Assembly: GCA_963575745.1 (NCBI GenBank) | Contig: CAUYUJ010000131.1 | Span: 1-64,000, forward strand | DNA: 64,000 nt | Origin: Prorocentrum cordatum | Lineage: Eukaryota | Reading direction: 5' to 3' | In this document: one piece after another, positions 1 through 12,029 of the stretch | How the letters are laid out: each line of letters begins with the position of its first letter | How positions within the stretch are numbered: the stretch's first letter is position 1 | Program-made: the position numbers and the translations under genes | The notes under the pieces: generated by a model | Told to the model about the DNA's origin: nothing | What the model saw: the letters and a program-made list of their open reading frames with translations, nothing else | Databases searched by the model: none

Positions 1-1500
1 CTACTCCTCCTCCTCCGCCTCCTCCTCCTCCCCTCCTTCTCCTCCTCCTCCTCCTCCTCATCATCATCAGCATCATCCTCCTCTTATCAGTAGTAGTAGT
101 AGTAGTAATATTAGTAATATTATTAGTATCAATAGTATTAGTATTGTTGTTAATGGTAGTATTATCATTAGTAGTAGTAGTATTATGAGTATTCGTATTA
201 TTATTATGGAAAATATAGTCATAAGTGGTATTAGTGTGATTAGTAGTAGTATGAATACTATTATTATGAGTATTACTAGTGTTATTGTTGTTATTATTGG
301 TAGTATTAGTTTTGTTGATACTTTCGTATTATTTGTATTAGTGATATTACGGTTATTCTTAATATGAAAATCATTGTTATGCTTAGTAGTAGCATTCGCA
401 ATTATATTCTTATTCGTATGACCATCAGTATTGTTATTATCAAGTAGTAGTATCAATGGCATTTTTAGTATTACGCACATTCCTAGGAGCACTAGTATTA
501 TTATTTACATTGGTATTAATAGTGTTAGTAGTAGTATCATGGGTGTTAATATAATGAATAATGATCATATTATGAGTAATGCTAATAATGATAACACGAA
601 TATCAGTAGTATTAGTAGGATTCCTAATATTAGTAGTAGCCGTATTAGTAGTATGATTAGCATTAGGAATAATATTAGTAGTATTAATAATATTATGTGG
701 TGTAGTATTACTGGTACTACTACCAGTATTACTACTATTGTTAGTAGTATTCGTGTCACTAGTATTAGTAGTAGTAGTGTTACCAGTTTTATTCGCATCA
801 TTAGTAGTACTAATCATAACAATAATATCAGTAGTACTAGTCTTGTTAGTAATATGAGTAGTATTACCATTAGTAGTAGTAGTAGTAGTAGTAGGAGTAG
901 TGTTATTATTAGCAGCATTAAGAATACTAGTGTTAGTGGTAGTATTAGTATTAGTATCATTGTTATTAGTAGTAGTCTGTTTTATTATTCGTATTAGTAG
1001 CATTAGTAGTAGCAGTAGTAGTAGTAGTAGTACCAGCCGTACTTGTATTAGTAATAGTAGTAGTAGTAGTAGCATTTTGTTTATTTAAAGTAAAAATAAT
1101 AGTTTCAATAATCGCATTCTTAATTGTATTAGTATTATTGATACTATCAGTAGTACGATTATTATTATTTGCATTATCAACATAAGTCTTAGTAATATTA
1201 ACCTGGTTCTTAATATTATTATCATTATTACTGATAATAATATTCGTATTAGTGGTCCTTCTCCTCCTCCTCCTCCTCCTCCTCCTCCTCCTCCTCCTCT
1301 TCCTCCTACTCCTTCCCTCCTCCTTGTTCTCCTCCTCCTCCGCCTCCTCCTCCTCATCTTCCTCCTCATCATCATCCTCCTCCCCCCCGCTCCTCCTCCT
1401 CCTCCTCTTTCTCCTCCTCCTACGCCTCCGCCTCCGCCGCCGCCTCCGCAACCTCTTCCTCCTCCTCCTCCTCCTCCTCCTTGTCCTTCTTCTCCTCCTC
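1..1500. repeat. Compound microsatellite/low-complexity block: (CTC)n, degenerate (TAG/TAT)n, (CTC)n
   Basis: CTC runs at 1-60 and 1256-1500 flank ~1.2 kb of degenerate TAG/TAT triplets; ORFs here are poly-S/I/L/T artefacts. Confidence 0.95.
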
Positions 1501-2442
1501 CATTATTTCTCCTTATATTTAGCTCCTCCCTGCCGCACCCCGAGGCCAGCTTTTAGGGCGGGTCGGGCGTTTCGCCTGAGCATTACCGTTTATGAGTGAC
1601 AACAGCTTCACATACGGAGGGCGGGTCGTTTTCAAAATGTGGCTCTCGCCTGAGCGCCGCGCGCATTCGTTCCCAAAAGTTACAAGGGCTTCACGGATTG
1701 AGGGCGGGTGGTGTTCAAAATGTGGTTCTCGCCGTAGCGCAGCGCATATTCGTTTTAAGAATTTGCAAGAGCTTCATGGATTGAGGGCGGATCGTCTTCA
1801 AAATGTGGCTCTCGCCTTGGCGCAGCGCACATCCGTTTCAAAACATCGCAAGAGCTTCACGGATTGAGGGCGGATCGTTTTCAACATGTGACTCTCGCCT
1901 TAGCACCGCGCACATTCGTTAAATTCACAAAGAGTTTCACAGATTGAGGGCGGTTGGTTTTCAAAATGTGATTCTCGCCTCAGCGCCGCGCCTATCCGTT
2001 CTTTATCATTTGCAAGAGCTTCACGGATTGAGGGCGGTTCCTTTTCAAAATGTGGCTCTCGCCCTAGCGCCGCGCACATTCCTTTCAAAAACATGCAAGA
2101 GATTCACAGATTCCCATGATCAACGTACTAGAAATTAGAAATGGTGCGTTGAAAGGATTCAGGATTACGATGGCGCAGCAGTTATGTTGATTCGCTGTGT
2201 TGGCGTCCCAAAAATGGCGTTCTGGTACGATTCTGGATCGTCAAGACGCAGCAGTAAGGTGGATACGTGGCGTTGAAATCCCGAGAACAATACTTTGGCA
2301 CGCTTCAGGATCTTCAAACTGTTGTCTTCCAACGAGTCCGTTTCCTCAATGGAAATGAACCGTTGTAAGGGCCAATGAAGAGGGAGCTTGGAGGAAGGGT
2401 GAATTCCAACATCGTAGATGACTCTAGGGTTCCCACTGGTCC
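1500..2442 (+). mobile_element. Dispersed non-coding element family 'R83', copy 1 (six ~83-bp internal units)
   Basis: Leader CCCTGCCGCACCCCGAGGCCAG...CGTTTCGCCTGAG, tandem units containing AATGTGGCTCTCGCCTTAGCGCCGCGCACATTCG, ~330-bp unique tail ending CACTGGTCC; the same modules recur at 30003, 53463 and 56240. Confidence 0.88.
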
Positions 2443-2998
2443 TCCTCCTCCTCCTCCTCCTCCTCCTCCTCCTCCTCCTCTTCCTCCTCCTCCTTCCCAT
2501 CCTTCCCTTACTCCATCCCTCCCTCCCTCTCTCCTCCTCCTCCTCCTCCTCCTGCTCCTCCTCTTCCTCCTCCTCCTCCTCACTGATCCGTATGAGAAGG
2601 CGACGGGACTTCTCAGAGGCCCTCGCGCCGTCTGAAAAGTTTTCGGCGTCTTCGGGCCAGGCTTGGGAAACTTCTCAGAAGGCTGGGGGACTTCTGAGCC
2701 TTCTGAAAAGCTTCGGGGGCGGCCAAGAGGGGGGCGTCCAAAAGGGGGGGGACGCAAATCATGGCCGGCGGCATGTGCGCGGCCCAAGGGGGGGTCAGGG
2801 ACGTAATGAAACAAGAAAAAGCGCCACGAAATCTGGGGAAAGATCATGGCCCACGCCATGATATCCACCCCTCCCTTGTGATCACTCCCCTCTGTGCCGC
2901 CCACGAGGAGAGGGCCCGCCCCTTCTCACTTCCCGCCCTCACTCGCCGCCGACCATCCCCCCTCGCCCTCGGCTGCAAGATTGAGGGGCTCCCTGGAC

Positions 2999-3224
2999 GC
3001 CTCCTAGATGGGGCCCGAGTAGATCTGGAGTCGGAGGACCCCGCCGCATCGCCGATACGTCGGCAATGCATCGGCGACACACCGGCGATGCACCAGCGAC
3101 GTCGCCGGTGCACCGGCGACGTCGGCGTGGAGAACGCCGGGCTCCACATTGAGCCGCATCGCGGATGCATCGGCGATGCGGCGCGATCCTCCGACCCCAT
3201 CTACTCGGGCCCCATCCAGGAGGC
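2999..3224. mobile_element. Fold-back (MITE-like) element with ~57-bp imperfect terminal inverted repeats
   Basis: Left arm GCCTCCTAGATGGGGCCCGAGTAGAT...GCCGCATCGCCGAT is the near reverse complement of right arm ATCGGCGATGCGGC...ATCTACTCGGGCCCCATCCAGGAGGC. Confidence 0.75.
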
Positions 3225-3313
3225 CCACGCTCCCGGAAGTGCTTCGCCGCTGTGCCGGGCCCCCAGGACAGGACCTGGGGCCGTCAACAGAAACGGCGCG
3301 GGCTGAAGAAGCA

Positions 3314-3462
3314 CAGGGATCGACCGAAACGGTGCCCTGCGCGTTCGTTCTGTTGTCGTTTTCCCTCGTGTCGTCTCCAGAAGAGAGAGAAAAAAAAGAG
3401 AGAGAGGAAAAAAAAAAAAAAAAAAAACGAAATCGCCAAGACACCGTGTCGGTCGACCCCTG
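3314..3462. mobile_element. Small MITE with CAGGG-type TIRs and an A-rich interior
   Basis: CAGGGATCGACCGAAACGGTG ... CACCGTGTCGGTCGACCCCTG; direct repeat CTGAAGAAG at 3303-3311 and 3463-3471 (left copy offset 2 bp from the TIR). Confidence 0.7.
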
Positions 3463-3536
3463 CTGAAGAAGGACCCCCCAGGACACCCTTCGCCCCTGGG
3501 GCGCGGCCCGCGCGCGCCGGCGCGCCGCGGCACCTC

Positions 3537-5378
3537 CTAGTCGCCAGCGAGCAGCTCCTGCAGCGAGCCGTCGACGCAGGGGCCCCCGTGCCCCCTCGGG
3601 CGGACGCACCCCGCCGCCCTGTGGCAGGCGAGGCCGGTCAGCCTCCGCGCGAGGCTGGCGTCCTCCCGCAGCGAGCCGTCCACGCAGGGGCCGTCGTGCC
3701 CCCGCGGGCGGATGCACCCGGCCGCCCTGTCGCAGGCCACGCCAGTGGAGCTCCTCCGCGGGAGGCCCGCGCCCTCCCCGGGCTCGTCGTCGTCGGCGGA
3801 GGGGCCGCCGTGGTCCTCCAGCAGCGGGGGAGGCGGGAAGGCCGGCTCCCCCTGTGCGGAGCCTTCGGCGTCCTGGCCGCTCTCCTCCCGGCAGGGGGCG
3901 GCCTGCGCGGCGGACGCCGCTGCGCCGCTGGGCGACTGCGGGCCGACGAACGGGTCCGCCTGCGCTCCTGGCGCCACGCGGATCCCGCATACGTCGTCGC
4001 TGTTGCGCCGCTGCAGCCGTTGGTCTGGCGGCCGCCGCAGCAGCAGCTCCCGCGCGGTCAGCCCCTCCCGGTTACGCAGGTCGCGGGCCGGCCGCGGCGC
4101 GCGCTGCTCCAGCCAGGAGAGGGCCTCGCTGTAGCCGTTGCGGCCCGCGCAGTGCAGCGCCGTCTCGCCCTGCTTGCTGACCGCTGCGGGATCACTGCGC
4201 CGCTCAACCAGCACCCTACACACGTCCTTGGAAGGAGCCAAGAACAGCGGCGTCCGCGCGAAGCGGTCGAGGATGTCCACCTCCGCGCGCGCCATGAGCA
4301 AGCTCGCACTGACCTGCGCATGTCCCCCCAGAGCCGCCAGGTGCAGCGCGCTGACGCCCAGCTCGTCCCTCTCGTTGGGATCTGCGCGATGCTGCAGCAG
4401 CAGGCGTGCGAGGTCAAGGCGCCCTGCCTCGGCGGCCAGCCCGAGCAGCGTCCTGCCGCCAGAGCAGGTAGCCAGGGCCCCGGCGCCCTCGTCGCGGAGG
4501 AGGCGCTGCGCGCTGGCCAAGGCACGGCGGTGCTCCTCCGGCGACTTCGCCGGGTCCAGGACCTCCTGGGCCAACTCGCGCAGCTCGGCCGCCCCCCTGC
4601 CGGCCGCCGCCCTGAGCCTGGGGCGGCCCGTGCCGCCCGCCGGGGCGGCGAGGGCAGCGCCCGCCTCCCGCGGGCTGGTCGCCCGGGCGCAGGCAGCCGG
4701 CTCGGCCTTGAGCCTGGGCCGGCCTGTGCCGCTCGCCGGGCCCGCCTCCCGCGGGCTGGTCGCCCGGGCGCAGGCAGCGGGCTCGGCCTCTGCGCCGATG
4801 GTGTGCACGCCGGCCCGCCCCCGCGCGCGCTCGGCGGTGCGCAGCTGCGGCGCGGCGCCCTCGGTGGTGGGGCCGCGCGCGGATCGGGGGCCGCGTGCCG
4901 ACAGCTGCGGGAAGACCGGGAAGGACACCGAGTGGCCCAGCGGCGCAGGCTTTCGCGGCTCGTGGACGCTGGTGCTTCGCCGCACGTCTGGCGTGCAGTC
5001 CGCCTGCGCGATTCTCGTGCGCCGGCCGCTCCTGGCGGGGGAGCTGCACGGGGAACTCGGCGCCGAGGCCTTTGCCTTCACGCCCTCACCGCAGCTGCCC
5101 TGTGCGTTGCTCTCCACGTCCCTGCTGGGCAGCAAGCCTGCGATCTCCAGGCTCGCGCGCATGGCAGCCACATCCGCCCTCAGAGCGTCGTGATCGGCGC
5201 GCAGCAACCTGAGCTCCTCCCCGAAGGCGCGCGAGATCTCCGTGAGCCTGGAGCCCACGTCCCTGTAGTCGGCGGCCTCGGAAGCGATCGTCTTGATCTG
5301 CTGCATGACCTGCTTGGCCCGGGGACTCGGCGGCTCGGGGCTCGGGCTCATGGTAATGGAGCGGCGATTGTCCGCCAT
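3537..5378 (-). CDS. Ankyrin-repeat protein (~613 aa; short N-terminal coiled coil, ~4 ankyrin repeats at ~4040-4465)
   Basis: Uninterrupted ORF with GRTLLGLAAEAGRLDLARLLLQHRADPN, GVSALHLAALGGHAQVSASLLMARAEVD, RTPLFLA, GETALHCAGRNGYSEAL and GLTAREL; first ATG at 5378 (the track starts at an upstream TTG). Confidence 0.85.
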   Translation of the reverse strand: MADNRRSITMSPSPEPPSPRAKQVMQQIKTIASEAADYRDVGSRLTEISRAFGEELRLLRADHDALRADVAAMRASLEIAGLLPSRDVESNAQGSCGEGVKAKASAPSSPCSSPARSGRRTRIAQADCTPDVRRSTSVHEPRKPAPLGHSVSFPVFPQLSARGPRSARGPTTEGAAPQLRTAERARGRAGVHTIGAEAEPAACARATSPREAGPASGTGRPRLKAEPAACARATSPREAGAALAAPAGGTGRPRLRAAAGRGAAELRELAQEVLDPAKSPEEHRRALASAQRLLRDEGAGALATCSGGRTLLGLAAEAGRLDLARLLLQHRADPNERDELGVSALHLAALGGHAQVSASLLMARAEVDILDRFARTPLFLAPSKDVCRVLVERRSDPAAVSKQGETALHCAGRNGYSEALSWLEQRAPRPARDLRNREGLTARELLLRRPPDQRLQRRNSDDVCGIRVAPGAQADPFVGPQSPSGAAASAAQAAPCREESGQDAEGSAQGEPAFPPPPLLEDHGGPSADDDEPGEGAGLPRRSSTGVACDRAAGCIRPRGHDGPCVDGSLREDASLARRLTGLACHRAAGCVRPRGHGGPCVDGSLQELLAGD

Positions 5379-5809
5379 TCTTCGGCACAAGCGCTAGCCG
5401 CCGCGCGGAGCCCCTTCCCACCGCGGCCCCTGGCCGAAGAAGAAAGCAGAAGCAAATCTTGGCAAACGCGAACATCCGAGAGTACATTATTGCACTGTGG
5501 ATGTGCAAGCTATGTGGTGCAAGCCACGTGCTGCAGCGGTTCATTTTGGGACACTCATGTTCTGTTAGCTCCTCTGCTCGCGCAATCATTCCACCATGCC
5601 ACCCGCAACTTGGTTTGCAAAACCCAAGCGGCGGAAAGTGCGATAACTGCTCGGCCTTGACTGGCGCATCCCTGCGGCCGCGCTAGCGCGCGCAAGCTCG
5701 CGCGCAAAGCGGCCAGCTGGTTAGGAGCAACCGATGCGGCCGCGATGGCGCTTACAGATAGCAAAAAACGCGCTGGCGCGCGGGCCCATGAATGCGGGTC
5801 AGTGACTCG

Positions 5810-6530
5810 GGCGGGCGCATTACCATGATGACGTCGACAACGGCGGTAACGATGATGATAGTAGCGATGGTGGTGGCGGAAATGACGATGGCAATGGTAA
5901 TGCCGTTGACAGCGCCGATGCTGGTAGCGCCGATGACGATGATGATGTCCATGTGTCGATGATGAAGCTGCTTGAGTGGTGAAGGCGGCAACTGCTGCGA
6001 TTGTCGATGTCGATTTGTGATGCGGCGGCGCTGGTGAGGATGACGGCGAGGAAGCGCGCGCGGGAACCCCGGCAAACTGCTTGTTGAAAAACATGTGTTC
6101 TTGTCATAGGGTATTGAAAAGCTGAATTTGGAAATGGTTCGACAGCCTCTGGTTGTGAAGAGAGCTCGACACCTTCGCGTGGTGGCGCGCGCGAGTGTGA
6201 CCCGAGTGGTATTATTTGGTACGGATTTGCGCACTGAGCGCATGCTGGATCAACGCGGATGCGGCGCGCGTTGAGATGAGATTGCGTGTTCAGGATCAGA
6301 TCGCTAAAATCATCTTGCTTTCTTGTGATTCGGCAAATGCGCGCGGGCAGAGAGTGTGCAAGATCTGCGGCGGAAAACATACGGGTAATTTCGCTCTTGT
6401 ATTGAACTCCTTGCCAAAATAATGTGTTTGGTGTGATTTGGACATGTGCGCGCGCGTGTGGACGTTGTGCTTTTGTTTGCAAGAGATGATTCGAATATCC
6501 ATTTTAGTGATAAACAAGTGCGCGCCCATA
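5810..6530 (-). repeat. Diverged inverted relative of the ~300-bp repeat family at 47390-48450
   Basis: Reverse complement of 6184-6222 (GTACCAAATAATACCACTCGGGTCACACTCGCGCGCGCC) matches GTCAAATAATACCATGCGGGACACATGCGCGCGCGCC at ~48065-48100; both adjoin a GAC/GTC-type triplet tract. Confidence 0.55.
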
Positions 6531-8419
6531 GCATTAATTGACAGTGATGAGGGGGGCGAGACCTGGCGTGCCTGGGAGAACATGAATTCATGTGGGAAAC
6601 GACCGACGAGGCAGTGTCCCAAGGGGGGGCGATAAGTCTCGGGAGAAGAAAGTGGTAGACTCTACTCTCATTTACAAAGAATAAACATGATGCAACCTAG
6701 AGGCGGCCACGACGTGGCCACGGGCGGCAACGTGAAAAAATCCTCGCCGGAAAGGACCACCGCTTTTGGCCAAACGAGGGACGAGCGCTACAAAGATATG
6801 TGGCCACGTGTGCATCGAACTCTCGCACAGGCCAGCCACGTCATGTATACCCAGCTTCCTGGTAAGTGCGAGCACTGTTTGCCAGAAAAACACTCGGATT
6901 GGGAGGATGGGGTTTGGGAGATACGGGGCACGACTGTGTAATAACCACGCTCGACATACGTGGTAATACGGATGATCTGGTCATCTTCCGGCTGCAATTT
7001 TCCAGCCAGATCGACCTGTGATGGCACCGAAGCCCGACACCAGGCGAAAACGCCCAGCGTGAAGAAAATTGCATCGTCCGGATCTGAGAGAGCGGGAAGG
7101 CGGGCGGAGGACCGAGAGGACGACGACGAGGACGGGGAGGAGGGAGACAGAGAGGACGACGGCGAGAGACAGCGCGCGGAGCTCGGCCTGCGAGGCGCAG
7201 GCTGGTGGCGCCTGCACCCCGCCTTCACAATCCGAGAAGGGCGCGCTCGCGCGAGGGGGAGGAGGGCGAGGTGGAGGAGGAGGAGGAGGAGGAGGAGGAG
7301 GCGGAGGAGGCAGAGGAGGCGAAGGAGGAGGACGAGGAGGAGGAGGGCGAAGGAGGAGGAAGGCGAAGGAGGAGGAGGAGGAGGAGGAGGAGGAGGAAAC
7401 TGCCTCTCGGAGTTTGCGGAAGGCTGGCCGCGGTCCGCACGCACTTCCTGGGTCGGCGCCGGCCCCCCACGAGGCGGCGCGTCCTCCTCCCCCCTTCTGG
7501 AGATCGGACGCTGCGGAGAAAGGTGCGCCATCGCAGAGAATCACGACCGAAGCCCACTCGACGTATGGATCTGGAACATTTCACGCTTGTGCACGACAAC
7601 CACTACTAGCCCTTGGCAACAAAAAACAAAGCAGGGGAAACATAAAAGGCGTTGAAAACAACTACAAAGAACAAACCAAATAAGAAAACCATAACAATAC
7701 AGAAACAATAACAAACAAAAAAAGAGCGATGAGACACTCCAACATTGCAGTATCCTGTCTGCGCCATGTTCCGGGCCAGACCGACCTGTGTTGGTCCCCG
7801 GGGCCCCGGGCGGAAACGCCCGCTGTGAAAAAAACTGCAGCGCCAGGCTCTCATGTCGCGCCCTCCGAGAAGTGTTACGCTCACGGGCCGCTTTCCTCTT
7901 CGGGGTGCGAGGCCCCCTCGCGGGCCCAGCCCGAGGCCTGCAAGCCGACGCGGGCGCGCAAGCGCGCACCAGCGCGCGCGCGCCCGCGGGCCGCGGCCTG
8001 TCCGCCAGAGCCGAAGCGATTGCGGATGAGGGGGCTTCAGGACTCTGGCGTCCGCGACGGAGCACCATAATGGAGGAAAGCGCGCCAGTGGATCACCCTG
8101 AATACGCAAAAGAAGGGGGGTGCTCGCAAACCCCCCCCCCACCCCTCCCCCCCTTCAAAGAGGGGGTGAGATTTTCGAACCCTCCCCCCACCCTCCCCCC
8201 ATTAAGGGAGAGGGGGGGTCCGAACCCCCCCCGTTCCCCCTCCCCCCCCCCTTGAATGGGGGGGGGTCAGAGGGGGGGGTCAGAACCCCCCCCCCCCCCC
8301 CTTGGCGCTGGAAAGGGAGGGGGTTCGACCCCCCCCCCCCCTCGTGCCCCCTTTGCGCCGAACAGGGGGCCGGGGAGAGGACCTCTCCCGCAAGGGGGGG
8401 GCCTGGCCTCGGGATAATG

Positions 8420-9778
8420 AGAAGTGAATAGTGAAAAGTGAGTAGTGAATAGTGAGTAGTGAATAGTGAGTAGATAGTAGCGAGTAGTGAGGAGTGAGGA
8501 GTGAGTAGTGCGCAGTGAGTAGTGGATAGTGAATAGTGAGTAGTGAATAGTGGGTTGTGGGGAGTGGGTAGTGACTAGTGAGTAGCGAATAGGGAGCAGC
8601 GAGTAGTGAATAGCGAGACGCGAAAAGGGGATTGTGAGTTGTGGGTAGCGAAGAGGGAGTAGTCAGCAGTGACTAGCGAGTAGGGGGCAGCGAGTAGTGA
8701 TTAGTGAGTAGTGAGTAGTGAGTGCTGAGTAGGGAGCAGTGAGTGGTGAGTACTGAGAAGGGAGAAGTGGGCATTGAGTAGTGGGTACTGGGTAGTGCGT
8801 AGAGAATAGCAAATAGTAATAGTGAGTAGTGAGTAGTGGGCAGTAAGTCGTGAGTAATGAGTAGTGAGTACTGAAGAGCGAGTAGTGAGTAGCGACTTGT
8901 GACTAGTGACTACTGAATAGGGAGTAGGGAGTAGGGGGTAGTGAATAGGGAGTAGTGAGTAGTGCGTAGTGTGTACTGCATCTTGCGTATTGGGTAGCGA
9001 GTAGCGAGTAGGGAGTAGCGAGTAGTGAGTAGTGAGTAGTGCGCAGCGAGTACTGTGTAGGGAGTAGGGAGTAGCGGGTAGCGAGCAGCGGATAGTGAGT
9101 AGTGAGTTGTGGGCAGTGAGTTGTGAGTAGTGAACTGTGCGTTCTCAATAGTGAGTAGTGGATAGTGATCCGTGGGTAACGAATAGGTGCTTAGTGAGTA
9201 CTGAGTCGTGGGCAATGAGTAGTGTTTGACATGTAATGAATATTGCGTACAGGGTAGTGGGCAGTGAGTAGTGAGTAATGAGTTGGGAGTAGTGAGTAGG
9301 AGTAGTGAGTAGGGGAGCGCAGTGAATAGTGAGAACTGGGTACTGAATTGTGCGTGTTGGGTAGCGGATAGGGTGTAGGGAATAGCGAGTAGTGAATAGT
9401 GAGAAGTGAGTACTGTGTAAAAGGGGGTAGGGAGTAGCGAATAGCAGGTAGTGGATAGTGAGTAGTGAGTTGTGGGCAGTGAGTAGTGAGTAGTGAGTAG
9501 TGAGTATAGTGGTTAGCGGGTATTGAGTCATGATTTGTGAATAGTGAGTAGTGGGTAGTGAGTTGTGTTTAGTGAGGAGTGAGTTTTGAATAGTGGGTAG
9601 TGAATAGTGAGTAGATTGTAGTGAGCAGCGAGTAGTGAGTAGGGAGTAGGGGCTAGCGGGTAGTGGTTACTGAGTAGTGGGTATGGAGTAGTGAGTCGTG
9701 AGTAGTGAGTTGTGAGTAGTGAATAGCGACTAATGGGTAGTGGGTAGTGAGTAGTGCGTAATGAGTACTGAGTACTGT
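8420..9778. repeat. Degenerate heptamer satellite (TAGTGAG)n
   Basis: ~1.35 kb of GAGTAGT/GAATAGT/GGGTAGT variants. Confidence 0.93.
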
Positions 9779-9847
9779 TTGGGGCTAGGATTAAGGTTTG
9801 GGGCTAGGGCTAGGGGTTAGGGTTAGGGTGAAGATTAGTGTTAGGGG
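9779..9847 (+). repeat. Short degenerate telomere-like (TTAGGG-type) tract
   Basis: GGGCTAGGGCTAGGGGTTAGGGTTAGGGTGAAGATTAGTGTTAGGGG. Confidence 0.55.
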
Positions 9848-10519
9848 TGGTACGGTTGGTTTCCGAAGCTCGGAGGCGCCGTGGCGAAAGGGGGGGGGGC
9901 TTTGATTGTGGCGGCCAAAGGGGGGGGAGAGGGGGGGGGGGTCGGACTCCCCCCCCTGTTGAAATGGGGGAAGGGGAGGGGGGTTTCAGACGACGGATCG
10001 GGAAAGGGGGGGGAGGGGGGGGGGTTCCCCGACGACGGATCGGAAAAGGGGAGGGAGGGGGTCCCCGACGATGGATCGGGAAAAGGGGGGGGGGAAGGGG
10101 TTCCCACCAACCCCCCTTTGGGGGATCCAACGGCGCACCCTCGGAAACTCTGCCAGGGACGTACTGCCGGCCCATATCATAAGGATGCGCGATAAGGACG
10201 CAAGCGCCTTGGACGCCCATGTCGAAGCGTCTCGAGCGGAGCGCGGCCAACGAAAGTGGCCAAGCATGGACCGAGGAGGCAAGGACGCAAGGGTACCCTT
10301 GGGGAGGTTGCCCATCCTTACAAATCGGGTTGACTGTACAGCACACGCATGCGGGGTGCAGGCCAATGGATGAGGAGGAGCTGGCGAGGGGCAGGCCCGA
10401 GGTGATCGGCCTTTCGGCATGCCAGCGGACGTGTCGGCCTCGTCCGCTCGGCCCATGCTGCAGGCTTCTGAGTCTCTGGGCGAGGCTGTCCTGGTAGGAC
10501 ATCGCTGTGGCATGATCTG

Positions 10520-10575
10520 CTCGTCATCGTCGTCGTCGGCGTCGTCGTCATCGGCATCGTCATCACTATCATCAT

Positions 10576-10625
<50 letters not shown>

Positions 10626-10644
10626 GCATCATCAGCAGCAGCGG

Positions 10645-10708
<64 letters not shown>

Positions 10709-11125
10709 GTCGTTGTCGTCGTCATCGTCATCATCATCAGCATGAGCATCATCATCAGCAGCAGCATCATCAGCATCATCATCATCGTTGTCATCAGCAT
10801 CATCACCAGCCGCAGCATCAGTATCAGCATCAGCATCAGCAACAGTACCGTCGTCATCATCATCAACATCGTCATCCTCGTCATCATCATCACCATCATC
10901 ATCAGCATCATCAACATCATCGTCGTCATCATCATCACCACCAGCCGCAGCATCAGCATCAGCATCAGTATCGTCGTCATCATCCTCAACGTCGTCATCC
11001 TCGTCATCAGCATCACCATCATCATCAGCATCATCAACATCATCAACATCGTTCATCATCAGCAGCAGCAGCAGCTTCAGCATCACCATCACCATTATCA
11101 TTATCAGTATCATCGTCATCATCAT
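10520..11125. repeat. (CAT/CAG/CGT)n microsatellite
   Basis: Directly visible triplet runs. Confidence 0.95.
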
Positions 11126-11953
11126 GGGACCCCCCTGCCCGTGACCATGGTGCGAGGAGATGTGCTGCCAAGGTTTTCCGATGTTCGCTGGGGTTAAACA
11201 CCCAGACCGACCAATCGATCCTCTCAAGTAACCAGCCTCCTGACCCTCAGACCACTTCCCTGGGGCCTGGTTCTCGTCCAGGGCGCTTCTTGACGAACAG
11301 TCCGTGGGCCGAGATACGGCCGCCCGAAAATTGCAGCAAAAGACCTCGAGCGAGATTTCCAAAAAAAACTTGGGAAGTCTGGGTTCCTCGGATGTAAAGC
11401 AGGTGTGAAGACTTCCGATCCCCGACGTCGAGGACACCGACGACGACAACGACGACGACGACGCCGACGCCGGCGCCGACGACGACAACGAGGACGACGA
11501 CGACGGCGGCGGCCGCGGCGGTGGCGGCAGCGACCGCGGCGGCTGCGGCGGCTGCGACGGCTGCGGTGACCACGGCTCGGCGCGGGCTCCCCTGGGAGCG
11601 GCGGCGACGGTCGCGGGACGGGGAGTCCTGGGTCGAGCCGTTCGGCACATCGTTCGAAGATCCGTGCGCTCGTCGTCGTCGAGCGATCGAGGATCGATCG
11701 ATCGACGCTTGAGCTTCGAGTATCAAGGGTCTCGTTGAGTATATGTGTCCTCGTCGTCTCCCTCGTGCTGCTCCCCTTTCTTCCCCGCCCTCGCCCTCGG
11801 AAACGAGCTGCTGCTCCTCCTGCTCTTCCTCGTGATCGGTTCTCTTCATCTCGAGGCTGACGCTCCTGACCATCTTGCCCTCACCGAGCACCGCCGCAGC
11901 CTCTCCCCGTCCTCTCGTTGCAGCCTCTGGCTGCCTGCGCCAAAATAATAATA

Positions 11954-12028
<75 letters not shown>
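11954..12028 (+). repeat. Poly(A) tract (~75 nt)
   Basis: Homopolymer preceded by (AAT)n. Confidence 0.95.

Positions 12029-12029
<1 letters not shown>

Noticed and set aside
1605..2110. CRISPR-like appearance: conserved ~36-bp core recurring every ~83 bp (also at 30127 and 53589)
   Set aside because: The intervening sequences are homologous to each other rather than unique spacers; no cas genes; eukaryotic context.
3389..3427. A-rich tract as the poly(A) tail of the ankyrin retrogene
   Set aside because: Wrong strand for a minus-strand gene, and it lies inside a TIR element.
3165..5660. 831-aa plus-strand ORF
   Set aside because: Antisense shadow of the GC-rich ankyrin CDS; it runs through a MITE and poly(A) and has no domain motifs.
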